In this document: piece by piece, positions 1 through 9,036 of the stretch
How positions within the stretch are numbered: the first letter of the stretch is position 1
Layout: each line of letters opens with the position of its first letter
Source: Macrostomum lignano
Lineage: Eukaryota
Direction of reading: 5' to 3'
Assembly: GCA_002269645.1 (NCBI GenBank)
Contig: NIVC01000102.1
Location: 887,950 to 951,949, forward strand
DNA: 64,000 nt
Notes under the pieces: model-generated
Databases searched by the model: none
The model's input: only the letters and a program-made list of their open reading frames with translations
What the model was told of the DNA's origin: nothing
Made by a program: the position numbers and the translations under genes

Positions 1-214
1 AAAATACGTTGTCGTCTTTAATCATTCAGCCGAATAAAACAACGCAGGTATATTTTGCATTGCTCTATAGCAGTTGAGTTAAGTTAGAAACCTTTTTAGT
101 CTTCAGTTCATAACAAACATTTTAGATGACGACAATTTGAACTTTTGCAACAATTGTTTAAATTAATAGCCTAAAATTACTCTTAAAATGTTAGAAATTC
201 TTTAAATGACCTAT

Positions 215-760
215 TCCTGGTATTTCTTCAGGTGGCGGCCATTGCATGATCTCTGTACAGTTCCCTCAAGTCCGTACAGGTTATTGCTTATGACATGTTC
301 GACCATGTAAATCTTGGTACACCACGGTGTCTTCAGTTTGCCACCCTTCCGATCGTCACGGTCGAAGTTCCGCAGAAACACCTTGTCACCGACTTTGAAG
401 CTGAGGATGCTGACAGACAGCGCACTTTTGAACGCAATCTTAAATAGATTTTTCATGCCGTCCCAGTGATAGGTCAGCTTCGATAGCTTATACCAGTGGC
501 AGATGCCCGATTTTCATGGATCAATCAACACCACTCTTCTTGATGTTCTACCTCCAGGCGACGCACCGTTGACCGATAGCGCTTCTCCTGACTATCATTC
601 CTGAGATCTGATGGAACAGCTGCTGGCCATCTTGCTTTTTTTCAACTTGCTTTTTAAGTTGTTCTTCTCCTTTGTTATTGTCAAAGACGCAGGGATGTTT
701 TTTGCGCCGCTATGCAAGTAAAGTTTTGTATCGGAATACGCGACACACATATTTATGATA
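215..760 (-). pseudogene. Degenerate Gypsy-type integrase relic (possibly Ginger/GIN-like), catalytic core missing
   Basis: ORF 211..456 has FKVGDKVFLRN..RKGGKLKTPW..Y.V..V, resembling the GPY/F C-terminal module of Gypsy-type integrases. It is preceded in frame by KLSKLTYHWDGMKN, resembling the end of the integrase zinc-binding region. Stops occur upstream and no DDE core is seen. Confidence 0.5.
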
Positions 761-1164
761 TTAGTGTCTTAAAATAAAAAGCCAAGTGCACGAAGTCCAG
801 TGTACTAGTAGTGGATATACATGCCAACGTGTTGCGTAACAAAATGTACAATGATACATATCATACTGTATAGATTTAGATGTACTGAAAGTCAGAGGAC
901 TTAAAAAAATTTCAAAAGACTTTTGGACGAGAATGCGCGGCTATAAAAAATTCGGCAATATCCATTGAGGTAATACGAATACGAATCACCACCTCGTATC
1001 AGATCATTCTCTGCGATTATTGACAAGTTTTTTATTTCGTAATCCTCAGAGAGAAATCACTCTAGAAGTGCGCTTGACATGACTTATGTCGTGCCGTATT
1101 CCATCTGGGCTCGAATAAAATAACGCATCCAAAGTTACCCAGTGTTGTGTCTTCTGTTTTTTAA

Positions 1165-1678
1165 TGACAAATCAAATGAGCAAGTCTTGAACTTAAAATG
1201 TTAAATTAACCAGCCGATCTTCGACTCTTGTCTTTTTATTTATGTAATCCCCGCTTTAGCCCGGCCAGCTGCCTATCTCCTCCGTGTATTTTCATTTCTT
1301 GGACTCCAAGAAATAATTGTCTATGGCTAAAAAACATTCTTTCAAATGAGTTGAGACTCCCATCAGGCGTTTCTTGGAGGCCAAGAAATAATTGTCTCTG
1401 GTAGTCTCATTTCCTCCCGCTGGCTGCGGCAATTAAATATTATAACCCCCACTTGATTCGGCTGTCTATGACCTAGAACGACTTCGGACTGCGCTTCTAG
1501 GCCTCGGCCTAGAAACGCAGTCCTCAGCCGTTCCTAGGCCAAAGAAACGAAATCAAGTGGGGATTATCTTATACTTCTGCAAGCCTAGCTTGCTCTTGTT
1601 ACGCGTAGATCGCTAAAGCGTACGGTGCGTTGGCAAGCAAATTATTTTGTTTATGGTTCGGCTTGGCTTATAGCCACA
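1165..1678 (-). repeat. 3' LTR of the Gypsy element (1165..1190 plus 1575..1678)
   Basis: 1164-1190 matches 8043-8069. 1575-1678 matches 8077-8180 with 6 substitutions in ~104 bp. On the minus strand it starts TG (TGTGGCTATAAG) and ends CA (TTTGTCA). Confidence 0.85.
1191..1574. mobile_element. Non-autonomous Crypton-associated element (internally deleted derivative) inserted in the 3' LTR
   Basis: ~1240-1404 matches ~14065-14300, and 1402-1574 shares its flanks with 14912-15044. The two parts join at a TAG microhomology, skipping the YR remnant present in the 14-kb copy. Confidence 0.7.
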
Positions 1679-1720
1679 GCGTCTCCCCTTTTTATAAAAA
1701 TAACTTGAACAGTTTAAGTC

Positions 1721-2092
1721 CATGGATGAATGAATAGAATGGATTGCTATTCTGGCTCTGGCTATTTTCGTTTTTGACTCTTTTGCATCCGGTTCCCCCC
1801 GTGCCTTTTCATTGGTTGATGATTGCCATAGACAATTTTCGGCCTTCGCCCCTTTCTTTCGATGCACAAGCGCAAAGAACTGAGAATTTCAACAAAGTTC
1901 AATTTCAACACAAGTAACTTCTATTTACTAACAAGAAAGCGCTTGTGCATCGAAAGAAAGGGGCAAAGGCCGAAAATTGTCTATGGAAATCATCAACCAA
2001 TGAAAAGGCACGGGGGGGAACTGGATGCAAAAGAGTCAAAAACGAAAATAGCCAGAGCCAGAATAGCAATCCATTCTATTCATTCATCCATG
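1721..2092. mobile_element. Fold-back MITE (~150-bp inverted arms, ~66-bp spacer) with 8-bp TSD; P- or hAT-type
   Basis: Arms 1721-1871 and 1938-2092 are near-perfect reverse complements with termini CATGGATGAA...TTCATCCATG. TTTAAGTC flanks both sides (1713-1720, 2093-2100). Confidence 0.9.
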
Positions 2093-2129
2093 TTTAAGTC
2101 CCAAACTTGAGTGATGAAGGAAGTCTCAA

Positions 2130-5100
2130 AATAGTCACTCCTTGTAATTCACTTTTGGCTTTTGCTCCAGCCGTGTGCTGCGCCGTGGTAATTCTGGTAT
2201 AGCTGGCTTAAACGTATGGTCCACTCGGACTGAGAATCCATTTGCAGTTCCGAAATGCCATCGTCATCGTGCACATGCTTTCCACCAGGGTTGCCATCGT
2301 TTTCACGCATCATTGGGTTTCCAATGCTGACATTCTTGTTCGAATCTAATTGATCGTCTTCCTGAGACTTCTGGTTTGAGCTTGTTCGTTGAATTTGATC
2401 TCTGTGCACTTTCTGGAATTTTCCGTCTTCCAGCTTGACAATTGCGGTATTCCTTCCTAATGGCTTGATCAGCTTGGCCTCGAGTGTTGACTTCTCCATC
2501 TTGTAAACTACGGTTTCACCAGGACTCCATCCAGCTGCTGACATCAAAGGTACACGCAGTTTTATTCCCATCAGTAATACTGCTAGTGATGTGTCTCCTT
2601 TGCCCGCTGATGCACGGTAGAATAGAAGGTACCTGTCGATTGCGGCTTTGGAAAATCCATTTGCACTGACAGCTTCTTTTATTGTACGAACAAATCGCTC
2701 AGCCAGACCGTTGCTAGCTGGGTGGTATGCTGGGGTTGTTACATGATCGCACCCGATTTGAGTCAACCAACCTCGTGTCTCTTAGCTAACAAAGCTTGAT
2801 CCATTGTCGGACACCAGGACTCTCGGTACCCCTAGCTGGGAGAATGTTCTCAACCTCGAGATCACCGTAGTGGATGTCATGTCCCGTGTCATAGTTCGAG
2901 TAGTTCATAGTTCATAGTTCGAATGAGAATCAACAATAACGAGCAAATATTGTCCTTCTATCGGACCCGCAAAATCGATGTGAATTCGATCCCAGGGGAC
3001 TTGTGGTGCTTGCCATGAAGTTCGGAAATTCCTATTTAGAGGCTTCGCCTTCTTGCATGTCAGACAACAACCAACTACACGCTCTACCGCCTTATCGACA
3101 CCTGGCCACCAGAAGTACTCGCGCAATAGAGACTTAGTGCGTGCCATGCCTAGGTGTACACCGTGAGCTGCGTTCACTGCTTTATCTCGAAGTGCAACTG
3201 GCAAGACTATCTTGAACCCACGAAGCACCAAGTCTCCCTCAGTTGATAGTTCTCCAGCCAGTGGTTTGTAGCTACGCATCTCACTGTTCGAGAACTGTCC
3301 AGTTTGAATTGCCTCTCGGAGATTTCGCAGTTCGTGGCACTTCCTGGACCAAAACCGAATATCGGTCAGCTTGAGCAGATGACTTTCTGAAAGATGGATT
3401 GCACCAATCGCGTGAGTTGGAGCCTCCATCGAAGCGTTTACAAGCCTAGATAGTGCATCAGATCGCATCTCCGCCGACTTCCGATATGTTATGCTGTAGT
3501 TGTAGCCGGACAATAAAATAGCCCATCTTTGCAGGCGCGCCGAAACCCTTTCTGGTAGCTGACTGGAGGGTCCGAACACGAAGGTCAGAGGGCGGTGGTC
3601 AGTTGCTAGCGAGAATTCTCTGCCACAAAGAAACCGGTGACATCGCCGAATGCCCCAGACAATCGCCAATGCTTCGCGTTCGATCTGCGAATACCTCTTC
3701 TCTGCCGGTGACAACAACTTGCTAATGGAGATTATGGGCCTGCCTTCCTTAGAGATCACGCCACCAATGGCCACCTGCAAAGCGTCACATTCGATTTCCA
3801 CTGGTTTCTTCGGATCGTACGAATGCAACATAGACTTAGTCGACAGTGCCATCTTGATCTTATTGAAGGCTTGTTCGTGCTTGTCTGTCCAAGTGAACTC
3901 GGCTCCTCTGCGTCTAAGCTGTGACAGGGGCTCAATGAGTTCTGCGAGGTTGCGAATAAATTTACCGCATAAATTAACGAGGCCAAGAAACGATTCCAAT
4001 TCCGGTAGATTTTTAGGGGCTGACATCTCCCTTAACGCGCGCACCTTCTCTTCATCTGGCTTCACTGTCCCTGACTCGAGAATGTGACCCAGAAAGCGGA
4101 CCCGAGTCTGCATTATCTGACATTTTTCCTCGTTTACTGTCAAGTTGTGCTTGGCCAACCGTGCTCTAACTTCAGCTTCTCTGTCTCTGAGGTCTTCTTT
4201 GGTCTCGCCGCCAATGAGAATATCATCGACATATTCTGCTGCTTCAGAAATTCCTTGAATCACTTCCACAATGTAACGTTGGAAAATACTGGGGGCAGTC
4301 TTTAACCCGAAGACTAGACGGTTGTATCTGAAGTTCCCGAATGGTGTAGACATCACAGTGATATCTTTGGAAGAGTCATCTAGGTGCACCTGGTTATATG
4401 CCTTCTCGAGATCCAGAATCGTGTAGTATTTGCAATTTGTCACTGCTGCGAATGCTTCTTCAACTGTCGGCAACGGGTAGCTATCCTGCTGTAGCTGTGG
4501 ATTGACTGTCGTCTTATAGACGACACAGATCCTGAGACCGCCATTGGGTTTTTGCACAGTCACAATGGGTGACGCCCACTGCGAAAAGCTAACTTGCTTG
4601 ATAACTCCGTCAGTCACAAGCTTGTCGATCTCGCATTTCAGACGCTCGCGCAATGCGAATGGCACAGGCCTCGCTTTGATGTACTTGGGCACTGCGCCAT
4701 CGACTAATCGTAAGCTTGCCTTGAACGGAACTGAATCCTTCATCTCTGTATGTCCAATAGAGACGCATTCCGGATTGAGTTTGATGACATCTCGTCCGAG
4801 CAATGCAAAGTTGCGGTTTGAGCGTACTACTTGAAACGTAATCTTGATGTTTCTTCCTTTCCATTCCGTGACGACAGGCAATGAACCCAATTGGTCGAAT
4901 TTGTGTCCGTCGGTGTAGCCCACCAAAGTCGAGGTGCTACCTTGCAACTTCGGCTTTCCAAATTTCCACCACAGCTTGCTGGACAGAACTGAAACTGAAG
5001 CTCCCGTGTCAATCTGACAGATTGTGGATTGCATTTTGCTTTCCACTTGACATGCCAGCTTCACTGTAGAGCACGACGCTTCTCTGCCAGTGTCAGTGTG

Positions 5101-5880
5101 CAAAATGTCTCTTTGTGCAGAATCCTCAGCCACAAAGTTCTTTTGACCGGATACGCTTGACCGACATGCCTTTTGAAAGTGGTTTGGCTTACCGCATCTC
5201 TTGCAGGTTTTTCCCATAGCCGGGTATGCTGTCTTTGGATGCTGGTTGCCACCACACCGAGGGCACTTCTTGTCTCCTCTGGGTGGGATGACAGTGTTGG
5301 TTTTGAGCTGCCGATTTTCATGACCGTCCCTTCTGCTTTTGATGCCGTTCGCTGACTGCATTATTTGTGTGTTCTTCAGTGACGCATACGCCTCGGCTTC
5401 CGCCACAGCAGCCTTGAAGGTTAGCTCCTCAAAATCTCGGATTAGCAGCTTTGCTATGATGACCTTATCATTCAGTCCGCAGATGAATTGGTCCCGGAGC
5501 CGTTCCTCCTTGTTGCTAAATGCACATTTATCCGACGCTTTGAGCAGCCTCTCAGCGAATTCTCGAATGCCCTCTTTTGCGTCCTTTTTGGCATTTTGAA
5601 AGGCGTACCGTTCAGACAGGACATATGTTTTAGGCACCAGGATCTCCTTCAGCGCCTTTTTGAGCTCTTCGAAAGACATTGTGCTCGGTAATGTAGGAGC
5701 GAGATGATCCGCCAGAGTGTCGGACAGACCAGCAGACAGACGCATGAGCAAAATCTGCGCCTTTTCTTCTTCTACCTATTTGCAGAGATTGGCCGTAACT
5801 GTGAAGCGTTCCATACATCGTGGAAATGACTTTCCTTCCTCCAGCTTCTCAATGTCGATCATGTTAAGCATTTTGTTTCC
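2130..5880 (-). pseudogene. Gypsy gag-pol (Gag zinc knuckles, protease, RT, RNase H, integrase) with stops and frameshifts
   Basis: ORF 2905..5751 has CKRCGKPNHFQKAC, IDTGAS, YVDD, CDA/TDH, HLG..C..C and WDRIHIDFAGP. The integrase continues with VSDNG and HPASNGLAERFVRT (ORF 2149..2766) and ends RRSTRLEQKPKVNYKE* near 2130. There is an in-frame stop at 5776-5778, a short-duplication frameshift near 2895-2920, and a stop near 2785. Confidence 0.92.
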
Positions 5881-6121
5881 GATCATTGGCTGGTGGAATT
5901 GTGCAGTTTGGCCGATTCCTTCCAGACTCGAAGGCAGTGGCACTTTGCCATCCTTAGTCACCGTCTTTGCTGCAGACTTCACTGGCGATGCCATTTTCTC
6001 AGATGCCGGTGTTGGTGGTGCCATCCTGCTTGCGATGCCGCTGTTGTGTCTTCTGTTTTTTTTTCTCGCAGCGCACGAGTGCCATAGACCATTTAAGCAC
6101 AAAAAATCGATGTATGAGTTG

Positions 6122-8045
6122 CATTGTATTACGTTGGCTTAATACTTTAGATGGCGCGTTAGATGCACGCTCAGTTAATTTGTCTTAACCATAGACAAAA
6201 ATGCGTGAAAGGCACGCAAGTTGATTGAGTGTTGCGAAGAAGGGAATAAGAAGCTGTTAAATTAACATCACTTGTGAGAGAATATGGCTGAGCCACCAAC
6301 TAAAGTCAGACTTCTGAATCTGAGCAAATTTCCGAACGAAATGATTTCCGGCTTGTCCACCAATGAGATTGACGACATTCTGAACGAGCCTGATAATCTA
6401 CCGGAGTCGGCAATTGATCGAGAAGAGGAGGATCTTCTGGAGGCACTTTTCAAGAAGATACCTGACGAAGAAGCTGAACTACTTGAATTGGAACAGCTCG
6501 TTTCCGAAATCGAGGACACCGCTGCTAGTAAAAGTGTGACAAAGGCTACCGAATATTATGTCGGTAAGTTGCAGAGCTTCATGGAGAACCATCCGTCAGT
6601 TCAGCGTGATTTGGCGACTTCTACACCGCGCGAGATCGACAGTCTATTGCGATACTTCTATGGCTCACTTCGCAAGAGGAATGGCGAATACTTTGCTCCA
6701 GCCACGTTGATTTGTATCCGAGCTGCGCTCTACCGGCATTTCATGTCGACAAGGCGAATCAATATTCTAACTGACGACGCATTCTATGCTTCCAATACGA
6801 CACTGAAGTCAATGGGCAGAATCTTCATTGCCCGAGGCGGACGCGCCCGACACTTCCAATCGATCGAGCCTGTTGATCTGAAGAGGCTGTCTGACTACTT
6901 CGATCGGAAATCTCCAGAGGTGCTACTTCATGAAGTGTACTACAACGTTATTTTCTACTTCGGAAACAGAGGTCGCGAGTGGATCCGTTCACTAAGCGAT
7001 GATTCCTTTCGATTTGAGACGGATTCCGATGGGATTGAAGTGGTGCGCTTTGTTGCTGGAACAGTAAAGAATGTTTGCAAAGAACTCTCCAGGAACTCGT
7101 GTGACGATGTCAAGCAAGCTATTATGAGTGCGTTGCCAGACAGAAGCCGCTGCCCTGTGGAAGCTATGAAGCTCTATTTAGCTAAGCGTGAGCAATCCAT
7201 TCCATCAAGCAGTTCGGAGACGGCGAAAAGATATCCTTTCTTCTTACTGCCGAAAAAGACTGGTTGGGCGAATGGAGCATGGTACTGCCCGAACAAGGCA
7301 ATTGGTGTGAATCCTTTGGGCCAGCTGATGACCGTCATTTCAAAGAAGGCGAATTTATCAAAGTCATACACTGCGCACTGCATTCGATCCACGGTAATAA
7401 AGGAGCTATCTAACGCAGGTTACAGCGCGTCTGATATCTGCAAAGTCACTGGCCATAAGCAGACGCGAACTGTAGAACGCTACTTACGCTTTGGCTCCAG
7501 AAGGGACGGCGAAATGCGAGACATGTCGGTCAGCTTGGCTTCTGCACTACACAAGGATGATTCCATGCAAGACGTGATTATGAAAGACTCTTCTACCGTC
7601 ATGAGCCAGTCACTGATTATTTCTGACACGTCGGACGTTGCTGGTGGGACGCCAAGTGATGACGCCAAGAAGAAACCAACTGTGGTTTATAACTTCTACA
7701 ACACTGTCAACAACTGCACGTTCAATTCTTAGAGTGAGTAATAACAATGAGTAATAATTTTCCCACACTGAACTTCCAAATGCTGAACGCCTTCATTCTC
7801 ATTAGCTTTCCCTGTCAATGATAGGTAATCGTCTACGCAGTCTACCTTGTTTACACAGTTCCCTGTTATTCGTTCGTTGTACTTGTAGCAGAAGTATACT
7901 TATTAAAATATACTCACTTTCCGTGCATTACACGCACGCGTTAGACGCACGCTTGTTGCTTTTACTCAGATAGAAAATTGCCATAGACACCTACATTAGA
8001 CGCACAGTAAATCGTGCATCTAACGCGCGCCAGCGTGATACAATG
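6122..8045 (+). mobile_element. Crypton-type tyrosine recombinase DNA transposon (left boundary may extend to ~6075)
   Basis: Single YR ORF flanked by imperfect inverted ends: CATTGTATTACGTTGGC..GCGCGTTAGATGCACG (6122-6170) versus CGTGCATCTAACGCGCGCCAGCGTGATACAATG (8013-8045). Subterminal TTAGA(C/T)GCAC repeats are present. Confidence 0.75.
6284..7732 (+). CDS. Tyrosine recombinase, Crypton/DUF3504 (ZMYM/KCTD1-related) type, 482 aa, apparently intact
   Basis: Intronless ORF with YR catalytic motifs FGNRGRE (R), TAHCIRST (HxxR), VTGHK (H) and VERY (Y). N-terminal LLRYFYGSLRKRNGEYFAPATL is typical of DUF3504-type proteins. Confidence 0.9.
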   Translation: MAEPPTKVRLLNLSKFPNEMISGLSTNEIDDILNEPDNLPESAIDREEEDLLEALFKKIPDEEAELLELEQLVSEIEDTAASKSVTKATEYYVGKLQSFMENHPSVQRDLATSTPREIDSLLRYFYGSLRKRNGEYFAPATLICIRAALYRHFMSTRRINILTDDAFYASNTTLKSMGRIFIARGGRARHFQSIEPVDLKRLSDYFDRKSPEVLLHEVYYNVIFYFGNRGREWIRSLSDDSFRFETDSDGIEVVRFVAGTVKNVCKELSRNSCDDVKQAIMSALPDRSRCPVEAMKLYLAKREQSIPSSSSETAKRYPFFLLPKKTGWANGAWYCPNKAIGVNPLGQLMTVISKKANLSKSYTAHCIRSTVIKELSNAGYSASDICKVTGHKQTRTVERYLRFGSRRDGEMRDMSVSLASALHKDDSMQDVIMKDSSTVMSQSLIISDTSDVAGGTPSDDAKKKPTVVYNFYNTVNNCTFNS

Positions 8046-8180
8046 ACAAATCAAATGAGCAAGTCTTGATATTTATTTCTGCAAGCCTAGCTTGCTCTTG
8101 TTACGCGTAGATCGCTAAAGCGTAGGGTGCGCTGGCAAGCAAATCATTTTGTTTATGGTTCAGCTTGGCTTACAGTCACA
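8044..8180 (-). repeat. 5' LTR of the Gypsy element (~137 bp)
   Basis: Minus strand reads TGTGACTGTAAG...GCAGAAATAAATATCAAG...TTTGTCA and contains AATAAA. It is homologous to the 3' LTR pieces. Confidence 0.85.
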
Positions 8181-9036
8181 GCACCCAGGCGAGTACTTTT
8201 CTGCCTAGGATAATCCTTGGCATAACACTGGCACTGTACGATACCGCACCACTAGCTGCCCGTGGTCGCGGGGGTTAGCAAAATGGTTGGCAACACACGC
8301 CTCTTCGCCGCATCCGGATGCCTAGAACCGCCTTCTGAAGTGACACATTTTGGCCCTAAGAAAGTTCCCATCCAGATCGAGTGTATTTTAACCAATGAAT
8401 GCGCTTCAACTAGCAAAAGCTGAGGACACGACCCCAACCAATGGAAAGTACCTATGCAACAACCAATGCGACCAAGACTGAAAAGTAACTATAAAAGCTC
8501 ATTTTAACCAAGCAAGAAGCTCGCCTCTCTTCCCCTTTCTAGTCCGCCCCTCTTTCCCCTCTTTTGCCTCTCCTCTGCCTACCTTATTTTGCACGCTCTC
8601 TCCGCAGGACAACCTTTGATTGACACAGTTAGGATATCAACCAAAACACCAAAACTGATAAATTGACTAACTAAAACTAAACCAACAACCAACCCACGCT
8701 CCACAATAGACTGAACCTTCGGTTCACTCAAACAATCAGAAACTCCTTGTAACTTGAGCTGAACGAGCTTCTTATTTGGAATTCCATCTTAGACATTAAA
8801 TTTTGTAAGATTACGAGTACATCTCGAGATTGTGACCATCAAATACAACGGTCTGTAAGTTACAATCAAGTGTTTGCATCATCAGGAAAAGTCAGTTGAA
8901 TCCGCCGCCTCAGTTATTTGGCTCTCACATTAATACTTGAAGTAGACATAGAGCCATAGGAGTGAGAGACCAGAAGAACGATACCATATTTAAAATATTT
9001 CACTGCAGCTGAGTCAAGTCACGTTAGTCAAGTCAC

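Larger units (their letters stand above)
1165..8180 (-). mobile_element. Full-length but decayed Ty3/Gypsy LTR retrotransposon (Mag-like), interrupted by nested insertions
   Basis: 5' LTR 8044..8180 and 3' LTR 1165..1678 (split by an insertion), a polypurine tract (minus-strand AAAAAGGGGAGAC, 1681-1693) next to the 3' LTR, and gag-pol between them. No target-site duplication was found. Confidence 0.85.

Noticed and set aside
1613-2110. Two similar short ORFs on opposite strands
   Set aside because: Mirror translations of the fold-back MITE arms.
3650-5691. Several plus-strand ORFs of 60-145 aa
   Set aside because: Antisense to Gypsy pol.
8380-8560. Promoter-like cluster of three CCAAT boxes and a GC box
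   Set aside because: No downstream plus-strand gene is identifiable; likely TE-derived or chance.
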